Below are positions 1 through 13,544 of a stretch of DNA of 64,000 nt, in pieces. Location: assembly GCF_009914755.1 (NCBI RefSeq), contig NC_060935.1, one strand, 5' to 3'. This DNA comes from the human T2T-CHM13v2.0 reference genome, Homo sapiens. The notes below the pieces were generated by a model, which saw only the letters and a list, made by a program, of their open reading frames with translations, was not told where the DNA came from and made no database searches. Both the position numbers and the translations under genes were made by a program. Position 1 is the stretch's first letter. Each line of letters begins with the position of its first letter.

Positions 1-689
1 TAACAGAGTGCTGGCTCACAGCAAATGTCACATAAATCTTGGCTATTGCTATTACTATGCACAGAGAACATGAGATATTCTCATAGGGACTTACATGTGT
101 CACCTTGTCTAATTAAAAATAAATTTTTTAAAGCCTTGAGACAGATGGTATTAATCCCTGTTTGACAGATCAGGAAATAGGCTTAGAGAAGTAATGGGGA
201 GATTGGGGGTCAGGGCAGGGCAGGGCCAGAGGAGCAAAGATGGATATTCAGAGCCACGGTGAATGCTTGTAAAAATCCCAATCCTGCGTGCAGCCTTCCC
301 CAGCTGCTCAATGTGCCAAGGCTGAAGTTCCAGTGTCCAGTGTACTATGAGCCCTGCTCCAAGCCATCCTATGCCTGCCTTCCCTGGCCTCTTCAGGCCT
401 CATGTGTTCTGGATCTCTCCTTTCTGTTTTCACGCTCCCTGCCCCCCTACCCCAAGAGCTCCTCACCCTGCCATGCACCCGTACCTGGCTGGCCCCTTCT
501 CGTGGGCCAGCAGCCCGTCAGGCAACCATGCCAACTGAGTGAGCCCTTAGTGCAGGGCACAGTCTCACAACAGTGCCCAACAGGTCCCAGGCCCAGATGC
601 CCCTGAGAAGGTCCCTGAGCTGCCTCTGCTCATTAGGACTTTCCCCTGGCTCCCACTCGGTCCTGCCTCACACTGGCTGCAGTCGTGAC

Positions 690-838
690 TGGATGTTTAT
701 GTGTTCATTTGTCAATATCTGCCACCCCCTCTAGACTCCATGAGGGCAGGAACTGTTCCTGACTTATTACCATCTGTGGCACATACTAGGTACTAACTAA
801 ATAAGAATTGCATGACTATAAAGTGGATGAGTGAATGC
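690..838 (+). mobile_element. L2 LINE 3' end remnant
   Basis: ctagactccatgagggcagg...ggcacatactaggtact...gagtgaatg, a typical L2 terminus. Confidence 0.65.
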
Positions 839-848
839 GAAATAGTAT

Positions 849-2207
849 CGTGGCCGGAATTGGTGGGTTCTTGGTCTCACTGACTTCAAGAACGAAGCCG
901 TGGACCCGCGCGGTGAGTGTTACAATTCTTAAGGTGGCGTGTCTGGAGTTTGTTCCTTCTGGTGTTTGGATGTGTTCGGAGTTTCTTCCTTCTGGTGGGT
1001 TTGTGGTCTCGCTGGCTCAGGAGTGAAGCTGCAGACCTTCACGGTGAGTGTTACAGCCCTTAAGGCAGCGCGTCTGGAGTTGTCCATTCCTCCCAGTGGG
1101 CTCGTGGTCTCGCTGGGCTCAGCAGTGAAGCTGCAGATCTTTGCGGTGAGCGTTACAGCTCATAAAAGCAGCGTGGACCCAAAGAGAGAGCAGTAGCAAG
1201 ATTTATTGCAAAGAGCAAAAGAACAAAGCTTCCACAGTGTGGAAGGGAACCCGAGTGGGTTGCCGCTGCTGGCTGGGGCAGCTTGCTTTTATTCTCTTAT
1301 CTGGCCCCACCCACATCCTGCTGATTGGTAGAGCCGAGTGGCCTGTTTTGACAGGGTGCTGATTGGTGAGTTTACAATCCCTGAGCTAGACACAAACGTT
1401 CTCCACGTCCCCATCAGATTAGTTAGATACAGAGTGTCGACACACAGGTTCTCCAAGGCCCCACCAGAGTAGCTAGATACAGAGTGTCGATAGGTGCACT
1501 CACAAACCCTGAGCTAGACACAGGGTGCTGATTGGTGTGTTTACAATCCCTGAGCTAGATATAAAGACTCTCCACGTCCCCACCAGACCCAGGAGCCCAG
1601 CTGGCTTCACCCAGTGGATCCCGCACCGGGGCTGCAGGTGGAGCTGCCTGCCGGTCCCGGTGCCCTGCTCCCGCACTCCTCAGCCCTTGGGTGGTCGATG
1701 GGACTGGGCGCCGTGGAGCGGGGGGCGGCGCTCGTCGGGGAGGGGGTGGGAGGCTCAGGCAAGGCGGGCTGCGGGTCCCGAGCCCTGCCCCGCGGGAAGG
1801 CAGCTAAGGCCCGGCGAGAAATCGAGCACAGCGCCGGTGGGCTGGCACTGCTGGGGGACCCAGTACACCCTCCGCAGCGACTGGCCCGGGTGCTAAGTCC
1901 CTCATTGCCCGGGGCCAGCAGGGCTGGCCGGCTGCTCCGAGTGCGGGGCCCGCCAAGCCCACGCCCCCCCGGAACTCCAGCTGGCCCGCAAGCGCCGCAC
2001 GCAGCCCGGGTTCCCGCTGGAGCCTCTCCCTCCACACCTCCCTGCAAGCTGAGGGAGCCGGCTCCGGCCTTGGCCAGCCCAGAAAGGGGCTCCCACAGTG
2101 CAGTGGGGGGCTGAAGGGCTCCTCAAGTGCCGCCAAAGTAGGAGCCCAGGCAGGGGAGGTGCCGAGAGCGAGCGAGGGCTCTGAGGACTGCCAGCACGCT
2201 GTCACCT
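849..2207 (-). mobile_element. Solo ERV9 LTR (LTR12C), near full length
   Basis: Reverse complement of LTR12C. It runs from ...ccggaattggtgggttcttggtctcactgacttcaag through the repeated U5 blocks (gtgagtgttacagc), the U3 enhancer repeats (ctgattgg/gagctagacac) and the GC-rich U3, and ends at ccagcacgctgtcacct. The terminal 4 or so bases are missing. Confidence 0.95.
1200..1600 (-). promoter_or_regulatory. LTR12C promoter: NF-Y CCAAT boxes, GATA site, AATAAAA TATA-like box
   Basis: ATTGG at about 1324, 1362 and 1531. CTTATC at about 1296. TTTTATT at 1287-1293 (AATAAAA on the minus strand). This layout matches the known ERV9 LTR promoter. Confidence 0.7.
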
Positions 2208-2369
2208 GGGTTACCTAGGTCACCTGTTTGGATTGTCAGAGCACCACCAAATGGGGTAAAAGAATATTTCTGATGATACCTATATGAGAGCCCCAACCAA
2301 AGGACCTGGCTCTGCTTAGAGGGCTCAACATCACGTTCGGAGTTTCCGGCATAGCTTCTGCCACCACAG

Positions 2370-2478
2370 TGTCAACGACAGAGACCTGCTCTGTGGCTCA
2401 CTATGACATCCCCAGGGATGACCACAGTCCCGGCACGCAGCAGGGACTTCATGCGCTTTTGTTAAATGAATAAATGTC
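2370..2478 (+). mobile_element. L2 LINE 3' end remnant
   Basis: ...cccggcacgcagcagggacttca...gttaaatgaataaatg. Confidence 0.55.
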
Positions 2479-2749
2479 ACCAGCAGGTGTGGCTTCAGTG
2501 CAGTCATATTTCTGTATTTAAGCTGGAATCCTATTTCATTGATCGAATATTAACTGGAAAACTATATTCTCTGGAAATTACCCAGAAGCTCCCTGAAAAA
2601 TGTGATACTTACCTAGGTCAGGGCCTGAGCATTCGAACATCAGGATATCAAACTGGCAGACCTCGCTGCCATTGTCCCTCTACAAAGAGCAGTGATATAA
2701 TCCACACAATAAACACAGACAATTTCCATTCAAGTCCAGTATCCGCACT

Positions 2750-2892
2750 TAGGTCACAGTTCTTTGGAAAAGCGTCTTTCCTGAGCCTCAGTTTATTCAT
2801 CTATAAATGGAGACGATAAAAATACCGACCACACAGGGGAACTGAAGGATTAAACTCAATGTTATCTGGCACACAAAGAGCAGCTATTATTA
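2750..2892 (+). mobile_element. MIR SINE remnant
   Basis: ctgagcctcagtttattcatctataaatggag core. Confidence 0.65.
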
Positions 2893-4391
2893 CAATTGTT
2901 TAAACAGAAGGTATCATTTCAAAAGGAAGCTGTTTAAAGCTCTGAAGATATTTTGTAGCATTTTCCTGACGTCATTCTATAGACAGAAAAGAGTCAGGAA
3001 ATTCCTTGAAAAGTGCAGTCTTAATGAGAGTGTTCCTTCCAAACCCCACTTCCACCACAATCAACTACCCAGTTTGAGGTGGATTCTGATTGAAATTAAA
3101 AAAAAAAAAAATTTGGCAAGATGAATGTATATTGCAAAACAAAATGTGTTGCTTTTAAAGTGATTTTGGAGCCTCGGTAATTAGTCTAGCAAGTTCCAAA
3201 GACACATTCTGTAGTCATCATTCCGTATTTGTTTCCTTTGGTAATCTGCCTTTCTTCAAAAAAAAAAAAAAAAAATCAACTGGGGAAAAACATCTGTTCG
3301 GAAGCTGCCTGGGACTGAAGGCCCCCACCCTCCCCAGCTTTGCTGGGCTCTGTATTATAAGGAAACTCCCTTGAATCCCACATTTTTTCTTCCTGCCAGG
3401 CTGCTCTTGGGTCACTTCTCAGCTCTGGTGGCTGCTGAAACGAGACAGATGCTGCTATACAAAATAACTCAAGAACATACCAAAGCCTGTTGCTTCCAGC
3501 ACTTGGAAAATCTGACATTCAAATATGCAAATATTTTATGGCACGAAGAGAGAAAAAAAGAGAGAAGGAGCTGCAAAGTCACATTTGAAACGAAACATAC
3601 TAGAGATGAAAGCAAACTGGAATTTACACTTCTGGATTATAATTAAACTGGTGCTATTATCAGAGAAAAGCACAGAATTCGCCATGATTTGCTGCAAGGG
3701 TCTCTCGTTACTGCTGAAGTCACCAGACATGTCACCCAGTCTCCAGCACCTGCACGATGACAGAGCTGGATTTGCAGCCCTGGATGTGAGCCTCATTGTC
3801 AGCCTTACAGAAATGCCCTTGGCAGAGAGGACAGGGAGGGGAACGAGGCAGGAAAGCCATACCACTGTCTTCACCCCGTTTTCCACAGTGCAGTGTTTGT
3901 GTTCCTCTCGATATCTGGATTAAAATTCTGTTGAACAATCACCAGCCTCCACACAAACTTTGAGTTCGTTTTCTTGGAGCTATGAAGGAATGAGCCTTAC
4001 CGTCAGGCTTACCATTGCGGAAGGTGAAGTGAAAAGAAAAGCAAACCAGAAGGCCTAAGTCAATCGGGGTCAGACCATTAATAGCGGAGTTATTCTGATC
4101 AGTGACTTAACCTCTTAGAGACCCTCTCTCCCCATACGCGTGAGGGGAGTTAGTCCAGAGGATTCCAAAGCCATCTTCCAGATCTCGGAGTCTGTGAAAG
4201 ACTGTAGTAGAAAGAGAAGAAGCCAATGAACCTGTGTTTAAATCATAGCTTTGTTATTGACTCGCTTTTGAACTTGGACAGCTTGCTTGGAATCGTGCAG
4301 CTGGGGCTTCTCGTGTAGAACAAGGACAATAGCACCTGGCTCACAAGGTTGCTGAAAAGTTTAGCTGCAATTATGTTGGTAAAACATTTGA

Positions 4392-4769
<378 letters not shown>

Positions 4770-5152
4770 TAATTTCTTTTCCTTTGTGATGGAAGCCAAA
4801 GAACACAACCAGACGAATCATGATGAGAACCAAAGATCGTGACTGGGATGCCTGCAAGGTGAACCTCATCAATACCATTTTCAGGCCCACTGCAATAAAC
4901 TTTGAAGGTCTACATTCAGGCCCAGTCATACATGGGACTAGCCACTTAACTGAAAGACCATTTATGGGACTTTTTGATTTCTAACTGGCCATTCCCCGAT
5001 GCCAAATGTACTTCTGAACATGTCCTGCCATCATCAACTAGCATGTATTTAGTGCATACAAATTTATTTTTAATACCAATCTGGCAATAAAGGGTGAACT
5101 TTACTATCTGACTCCTCCTGGCCTCTTAAATCACAGAAAGATACAGAAATTA

Positions 5153-5406
5153 GTTTTTTGTTGTATGGCTGGGGTGCAGTGGTGCAATCATAGCTCACCA
5201 TAGCCTCAAATTCTGGGCTCAGGCCTCCCAAGTAGCTAGGATTACAGGCATGAGACATGATGCCTAGCTAATGATTTTTTTATTTTTGTAGAGATGGAGT
5301 CTTGCTATATTGCCCGGGCTGGTCTCAAACTCCTGAGCTCAAGTGATCCTTCTGCCTTGGCCTCCTAAAGTGTTGGAATTACAGGCATGAGCCAGTGTGC
5401 CAGGCC
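5153..5406 (-). mobile_element. Alu (AluJ-like, internally deleted)
   Basis: gcaatcatagctcac and ctcctgagctcaagtgatcct J-type motifs. Confidence 0.88.
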
Positions 5407-5584
5407 TAGAAATGAATTTTGTTCATCTGTAACACTTTTCCCCCTTACTTGACATAGACCCTGAAATTTATTAATCTACTTAATTCAATCAGTTGATTCC
5501 ACTGGCATTTGTGCCATATTTTTTAATACCGAGACCTATGATGTACCAAGTACTATGCTAAGCGCAGAGTAAACAAGAGGAACA

Positions 5585-5923
5585 TTTCTTTGTTTTTGTT
5601 TTGTTTTGTTTTGTTTTGTTTTGTTTTGTTTTGTTTTGTTTGAGACAGGGTCTTGCCATGTCACCCAGGCTGGAGTGTTGTGGCATGATCTTGGCTAACT
5701 GCAACCTCTGTGTCCCAGGTTCAAGTGATTCTCCAACCTCAGCCTCCTGAGTAGCTGGGATTACAGGCATGTGCTACCATACCCATCTAATTTTTGTGTT
5801 TTTATTAGAGACAGGGTTTCACCATGTTGGCCAGGCTGGTCTCAAACTCCTGACCTCAAGTGATCAGCCCACCTCGGCCCCCCAAAGTGCTGGGATTACA
5901 GGTGGGAGCCACTGTTCCTGGCC
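5585..5923 (-). mobile_element. Alu (AluS) with (TTTTG)n tail
   Basis: Full dimer consensus match. Confidence 0.93.
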
Positions 5924-6049
5924 CATTTATTTGCTTTCGATAGGATGAGGCAACTCTCCTTTATCAGCAGGTTTGGCTACATTAAAAGACGTTATTGTAG
6001 AGAACATAATGAAAGAAGCCTGCCTCCTAGAGAAACAGAAGAGCACGTC

Positions 6050-6574
6050 GTGTTAGTTATCTATTGCTATTTAACAAATCACTCCAAAACTTAGCAGCTT
6101 AAAACAATAAACATGTATTATTTCACACAGCTTCTAGACTCAAGGAGGAATCAGCTCAGCTTGATGGTTCTGGCTCAGGGAGCCTCTCAAGGCTGTAGGT
6201 GAGACGGAAGTCATCTGAAGGTGACCGGGGCTGGAGGGTCTACGTCCAGGTGGCCACCCACACACCTGGAAGGGCAGCCCTGGCTGCTGGCAGGTGGCCT
6301 CCTTCCTCCCCTGGTGGCGCTCTCTCACGGGGATGTTAGAGTGGCCTCAGGACATGGTAGCTGGCTTCCCCTAGAGAGAGTGATCCAGGAGAAAGCTAGC
6401 ATGAGCCACAATGGCTTTTATGACCCAGTCTTTGGAATTCACATTCTGCTACTTCTGCAATTTCCTATTGGTCACACAGGCCAAGTCCACTCAGTATGGG
6501 AGGGGGTTACAAAGAATGTGGATGCCAGGAGGCGAGGATCGTCAGGGGCCATACAGGGGGTTGGCCAGCACACA
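6050..6574 (-). mobile_element. MaLR LTR (MLT1 family)
   Basis: tgttagttatctattgct...aacaaatcactccaaaacttagcagcttaaaacaa...tctggctcaggg...ctattggtcacacaggcca. Confidence 0.8.
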
Positions 6575-6588
6575 TAATTGGACAGCAA

Positions 6589-6883
<295 letters not shown>

Positions 6884-8183
6884 TTAAATTAATTAATAAT
6901 TATAACAGAGAATGAACCTCAGTTACATTGACAAATGTTACTCTATAAGACACCATTGCAAGGCTCCTGATTTTGCACTAGGCAGATAACTGTGGCTTCC
7001 ATTGCACTGCCTGAGGCGGGTCCTTGAGGGAGTGCCTCCTGGGTATTTGCTAGTGCTGAGTGCCCACAGCCTCTGCCCCCAAGTAAATGCAGCTCCCTTT
7101 AGCCCCTTGAGCACAGGTGATCTCTCCCTGCTGCCCTTTGAGAGGCTGACTACTGATGAAGCCGAAACCCACCTCTCCTCTCCCTGCTCTGTTAGACCTG
7201 AAGACACAAAGTGGAAGGAAGGTGAGGAAGGCATCAAAAATCTGCCCATCAGTGAGCTGCTCTGCTTCAAGGCTGCTCTGATGGCACAGGGCTGATGTGA
7301 CTCCTGGGCCCGCAGCGCTTTGGGAATCAAGCCTGATCTTAGAGGTTGGCGGGTTCTGCTGACACTGTTTAACCTGGTGAATAATAATAAAAACCTGGAC
7401 CGGTCTGCTCAGAACCACCCAGCTGGGGCCATCCAGGGAGAACACAGGGCAGAGACATGCTGGCCTGAGCTGGAAGGCAGCTGGGACCTTGTAGCCTGTG
7501 AGAATGACGTCATCTGACAAGAGAAACCTGCAGAGTGAAGCAGAGCTACTCCACCGGCCTCCACACACTGCAGGACTCAAGGTAGGTGTCAGGACCTCTG
7601 CAAGGAGGAAGCAGATCTGTCCCAAGGCACCTTATGCAAACAGCAGAGCTGCCAAGGGTGAGTTGAGATGCAAATACTGAGGACAGAGATAACAGCATTT
7701 CCCTGAGCCCTTGGCTCAGCAGGAAGACAGTTCACCTTCCACAGCAGTCGGGAGCTTCTGAGCTGCCTGGAGAAGCCACCCAAGCCCTTCCCAGCCTCCC
7801 TGCCTCTGATCACTACCCTACATCTAGAAAGAATGCACAGCAGAGCCAGCGGCCTCTGAGCCCTTCCCTTCTACAGTGGTCTCCACACCCAAGACAGATA
7901 ACAAATGCAGGCTCAGAACCATCTTACTCTTCCTAGGAGCTGCAAGAGTGTGCCTAGCTCTAATCTAGTTGTTTTGCATAAATTGTTTCAAATCTGGGTT
8001 TATATTGTTCCCTGTTTTAGAGCCTTCTTGTCCCAAATATGCATTCTTTGCTTTTTTCAGCACATACTCAGACAGAGAGGCATCTGTACATTTTCCCCTT
8101 TAATTGGAAAGGAAGATCTGAGTCCCTAATCCCTATCCACATGGCCACGCCAAGGCATCCTTACCCGACAAAGGGCTTTAGTA

Positions 8184-8241
8184 CACACACACACACACAA
8201 ACACACACACACGGACATACACATACATACGTATACACATA
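8184..8241. repeat. (CA)n/(TACA)n compound microsatellite
   Basis: Read directly from the sequence. Confidence 0.85.
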
Positions 8242-8259
8242 TACTCTACTAAAACAAAT

Positions 8260-9490
8260 GTTAGAGAACGTATATGTAAATAATATTATACATTTCTTAG
8301 AGTATTTAGAAAAAGGCAAATACCCTAGAAGAAAAATTGACAGGAAACCTGAAAAAGCAGTTAACAGCAGAGAATATCCAAATGGCCATTCAATACATGA
8401 GAATTTCTCAGTGGTCAAGAAAATGCAAGTTAAAACTATAGTGAGTTACCACTACACACCCATCAGAGTAGTTAAAATTGAAAGGACTGATAATACACAC
8501 AGGGGCAGTGGCTCACGCCTGTAATCCCAGCACTTTGGGAGGCTGAGGCAGGCAGATCACTTCAGGCCAGGAGTTCGAGACCAGCCTGACCACCGTGGTG
8601 AAACCCCGTCTCTATTAAAAATGCAAAAATTAGCTGGGTGTGGTGGCGGGCATCTGTAATCGAATCTGGGAGGCAGAGGTTGCAATGAGATGAGATGGTG
8701 CCACTGCACTCCAGCCTGGGCGACAGAGTGAGACTCTGTCTCGAAAAAAAAAAAAAAAAAAAAAAGGACTGATAGTACAATGTTCACAAGGCTGTAGAAC
8801 AACAGGCACTCTCTTGTGTTCCCGGTAGCAGTTGGAAATGGTATAATCACTACAGAAGACTGTCAATATCCATTACAGTTGAACAAATGCACCCCCCATG
8901 ACTTAGCAACCTTACTGCTAGACACATACCCTACAGAAATGCATGCACATGTCCCCCAAAGGGCACATGTTAGAATTTCATAGCAGCAGCATGATTTGTA
9001 TAATGAAAAGGATTAAAAACAAGCCAAATGTCCATCACCAGTGAAACGAATAAATTGTGGTATATTCATATAGTAGAATAACCAATAAAAATTAATGAAC
9101 TACAGTTATACAAAACAACATGGCTAAATCTCAGAACATAACCTTTAAACATAATCTCTCATAAAAGAAAGTAAACACAAGGAATACATGCCATGTGGTC
9201 CATTTATACACAATTTACAAAGGGCAAGACTGCTAGTTTTTAGTAATGAAAGTTTAGGTAGTAAAACTATGTTGGTTTTCATAAGAGAAATGATCATGAT
9301 CACCTTCAGGGCAATGGGAGGGGTGGTGATTGGGACCAGTTGTGAAGACAGAAGCTACTAGGATATTGGCAATGTTCTGTTTTCTTGACCTTGGGTGGTA
9401 GATATATAGGAATTTGATCTATGATAATTCATTGACCTGTACATTTTTGTTGTGCATTTTTTTTTGTTTGAGCATATATTCAACAATAAA
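8260..9490 (+). mobile_element. Old L1M 3' region, interrupted by an Alu
   Basis: aaatgcaagttaaaac...accactacacacccatcaga, aaatgtccatca...tgtggtatattcata, L1M 3' UTR motifs. Confidence 0.8.
8500..8765 (+). mobile_element. Alu inserted in L1M, with a right-arm deletion
   Basis: TSD aaaggactgata(a/g)taca and a poly(A) tail. Confidence 0.92.
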
Positions 9491-9500
9491 AACAGTAACT

Positions 9501-9795
9501 GGCTGGGCGCGTGGCTCACACCTATAATCCTACACTTTGGGAGGCCAAGACGGGAGGATCACTTGAGGCCAGGAGTTTGTGACCAGCCTGGGCAACATAC
9601 TGAGACCCTACCTCTACGAAAAAAATTTTTAAGTAGCCAGGCATGGTAGTATGCAGCAGTAGTCTCAGCTTCTTGGGAGTCTGAGGTAGGAGGATTGCTT
9701 GAGCCTGGGAGTTCAAGTCTGCAGTGAACCATGATTCATGCCACTGCTCTCCAGACTGAACAGCAGAGCAAGACTCTGTCTCAAAAAAAAAAAAA
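9501..9795 (+). mobile_element. Alu (AluJ-like)
   Basis: Dimer plus poly(A). Confidence 0.92.
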
Positions 9796-10079
9796 AGGTA
9801 GGTGTGGATAGTCACAACGGTAGCAGTTGTGCTTCTTGCTTTCCCTTAGTTACCTTGATCAGTTCAGCCTAAAATTTGAGATGGCAGAAAGTACTATGAA
9901 TCTGGAATTACATCAAGAAAGTTATTTTCCTTCTTTAAGATTCAGTGATTATATCTTAAAATGTGATACTACCTATTGTAGATGGTGCTTATGAGGATTA
10001 AATCAATGAACATGGGAATGTGTTTGGCACATGCTAGATACCCAAAGTTTGTTCCTCTAGTAGTAGCAATAGTTGCTGT

Positions 10080-10140
10080 TGGTGATGGTGGTGGTGGTGG
10101 TCATGATGGTGATGGTGGTGGTGGTGATGGTGGTATTGTT
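10080..10140. repeat. (GGT/GAT)n trinucleotide repeat
   Basis: Read directly from the sequence. Confidence 0.85.
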
Positions 10141-10214
10141 GTTTAACTTAGGACATCAAATAGTGAGGCATTATAGGAAGGAAGACCAGACCTGGAGGCT
10201 GTGAGCTGCTGTTC

Positions 10215-10660
10215 TGGTTATGTATTGCTACATACCATTCACATTATCCTATAACCTAGTGGTTCAAAACAACAATTTGCTTGTACTTACAGCCACAAGA
10301 AAGGCAGGGTTCAGCTGAGCAGTTCTTACTGAGGGTCTCTCATGAGGTTGCATTCAGACCTTGACTGAAGCTGCAGTCAGTGAAGGCTCAGCTCAGCTGG
10401 GTCTCCAAGAGGCTGGCTCAGGTGCTTGGTGGTTGCTGCTGGCTTTTGGCTGAAAGCTCACTTGGAGCTACTGGCTCTGCCTTTGGTCTGGGCTTCCTCA
10501 CAACAGGTGATCCCGTCTCTGAAAGTGAGTATCCCAGTGGGCAAAGTAGAAGCTGCATTGTTTTTTATGACATAGCTTTGGAAGTCATCTAGTGTCACTT
10601 CTCCATAATTCGTTGGTTAAGGTAGTCACAAACATGCCCAGATTCAGGGATAGGGGCATA
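10215..10660 (-). mobile_element. MaLR LTR (MLT1 family), diverged
   Basis: aacctagtggttcaaaacaaca...agggtctctcatgaggttgca...tgtcacttctccata...cccagattcaggg. Confidence 0.7.
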
Positions 10661-12832
10661 GAATTTGCCTCATCTTTTGGTGTTCAGTTTACCATGAACA
10701 CTAAGATTGTGTGTGAATTCTGGAAACCATTCCTCTGACATTATAAGCAGCCTTGCATAATGGTTAAGAGTTCTGTCTGGGTTCAAATTCTGACTCTGCC
10801 ACTTATCCTTTGGAAGTTACTTAAAGTTCCTGTGTCTTAGACTCCTCATTGGTAAGCTGAAGTACTACCTTCACGGACTCTTTTGGAAGGAGTATGTGGT
10901 CCATGGTGAACAAGCTCAATGAATGTTATCTTTTAGTATTGTTTCCGCCTAGAACGATATTCAACCCCATGGTGTTGGGCTCCGGTCCTGTCACTCCTAA
11001 CATCATTCTTAGGCACCCCACATGCTTCCTATGGAGATAGCTTCCTTCCCGGAATCTCAGCCATATGGCTGCCTCTGGAAAGGATGGGCCAGGCCGTTAC
11101 AGTGGGAAGAACCCTCGAATTGCAGCTGGGCAGGCCTGAGTCCAAATCTTGCTTCTGCCTCCTATTTGAGGGACGTGGGATACATTGCCTGTTCTCTGAG
11201 AGGTGGTCTCCTTATCTGTAAAGAGGAGGAAAATGAAACCTCCTTGACAAAGGGGCTGAAGAAATTCAGTGAGAAAGTGTTGATGGGATCACTTAGTACA
11301 GTGTCCAACACTTCATGGGTATTTGGATTTTTTGTTTATTTTTAGTTTTCAGAAGAAAAAGAATATAAATCTCAGAGATCACCAAAGAAGCATATCTCAG
11401 TGGCCGAAATAAACACCTCAGTTAAACCATTCATCTTCTTTGACCAAGTTCAGGGAAGCATAAAATCTTTGCTGAGGTACTTCTGTTAGAGTGGGAAGAG
11501 CCCATTTGCTCATTCTTTCATGCAACGGATATTTATTAAATACCTACTGTGCACAAACAAGCAAAAACAAACAAGTGGGGGTCTTCACTGCCTCCTAAAG
11601 GGGTCTCCTCCAGCTCAAGAGAAGATACTACCCACACCAGCAGCCCAGAGGAGCATTGCAGTGGACAAAGGCTTGCTCTGGTGAATGTCCAGTGATGGTC
11701 TGTGGTTCCCGACATGGCTGAGGTACAAGGACAGCGTAGTGGAGTGTGAGATGAGGTTAAGGGTGCCACTGCAGGAAGTCGAGGCACAGGCCTTTTCTGA
11801 ATTTATAGAAAACATCAAGGCCAGAGTTGGATGGAGCCCAGTGGTGCAAGGGGAACTGCACCAGGTCTGACCAGCAACCCTAGGGAAGAGAGTCGAGGGA
11901 ACGTGGATCTAGAAGCAATGATTTCCCTCTCTCAGGGATTTAAAACCCACAAGCAATGAGGCGCTGGAGATCAGGATTGAATGCCACTCTCCCACTGGGG
12001 CTTTACAAACTGCCCAGCCCAGCTGACGGCTCCTTCAAACAAGGAGGCAGCTCTGCTCTACAAAGACAAGGTGGTGGTTGAACTCAGGGCCCCTGGAGCA
12101 AGGGCTCTCTACCCACAGTCCTCACAACAATGGGATGCTGGGGGCCACAGGGGAGTCCCGGCTCTGGGAAGAGTATTGCTGCTTCCTCTTCCTTGGATTC
12201 CAGCCACCAATGAATTTACCATTTCTCCACTCAGAAAATGTGAGGCACCCCAGAGTTTCTAGATAGAACAAAGCGTATGCACCCCCAAGTAAACTTGTGT
12301 TTCAGCTTTTTTATAATGACTACATTCAGTCTCCACAGAGGCTATTTCCATAGAGCCCTCAAAATGAAAACTATACAAATGGGCCAAAGCCAAACAAAAT
12401 GAGAATAGGTTTGTCACATTTTTGACAAACTGCCCAAAAGTTTGTCAATAGCACTCAGTTCTCTGAAGTCACCTCATGACATCTACTCCATCCACCTCTC
12501 AGAAGTCACAGCCAGCCGCAAGTTTCTGCCATCGGAAGGGCACACAGGTCTGCACTTCCGTCCGCTAAAAGAAATAGACTTAGGAAAATAATTGAGGGTT
12601 CAGGGGAAGAAGAGTTTCCTGAGGGGACAGCCAGGGACAGATTAAACAAATTACATCAGGGTGACAAACACACTTACCTTGATCTATGCATTATATAAAT
12701 ACTGAATGTCTCATTTTATTTTTCTTAACTTAGTTTTCTGTGTCCTACGGATGGTTGCTCATATCATGCTGTCCATCTTTAGACTTGATTCCTCAAAGAC
12801 AGGTCTTTGTCTCAAATAATAATTTTTATTTA

Positions 12833-13168
<336 letters not shown>

Positions 13169-13544
13169 CTAAAAGCGAGAGCCTAAGCATGACGGAACTG
13201 CTGCTGGCAACCCTGGGAGAGAGGCAGGAGGGTTCTGATGTAAAATGTTCCTGATAACTAAGAACAAAAAACTGGAAAAAGCAGACTAGCGATAATATTT
13301 GTCAGGGGCACATGATTAGATTAAGTGTTAGAAGAAGGAGCCTAAAAATGGTGTAGAGAGAGAACCATAAGCAGACAAAGCCAAGTTACAGCCATTATAA
13401 GGAGCACTGGGAGCCCCTGCAAAGCCCCAAACACCTCACATGGGGGCACTGGAGAGTTGGTGGCCGAAGGGTCCAAGACCTCAGTGAGGCAGGAGGAACA
13501 AGTGCAGTTAATAATCATGCGCTGTAGCCTTGGAGGTTGCTAAG

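Noticed and set aside
835-2205. Cluster of overlapping ORFs
   Set aside because: All lie in the GC-rich LTR12C, where stop codons are scarce, and none resembles gag, pol or env
3525-3938. Possible processed pseudogene or coding exon
   Set aside because: No frame resembles a protein I recognise, and there is no clear poly(A) plus TSD. BLAST would be needed.
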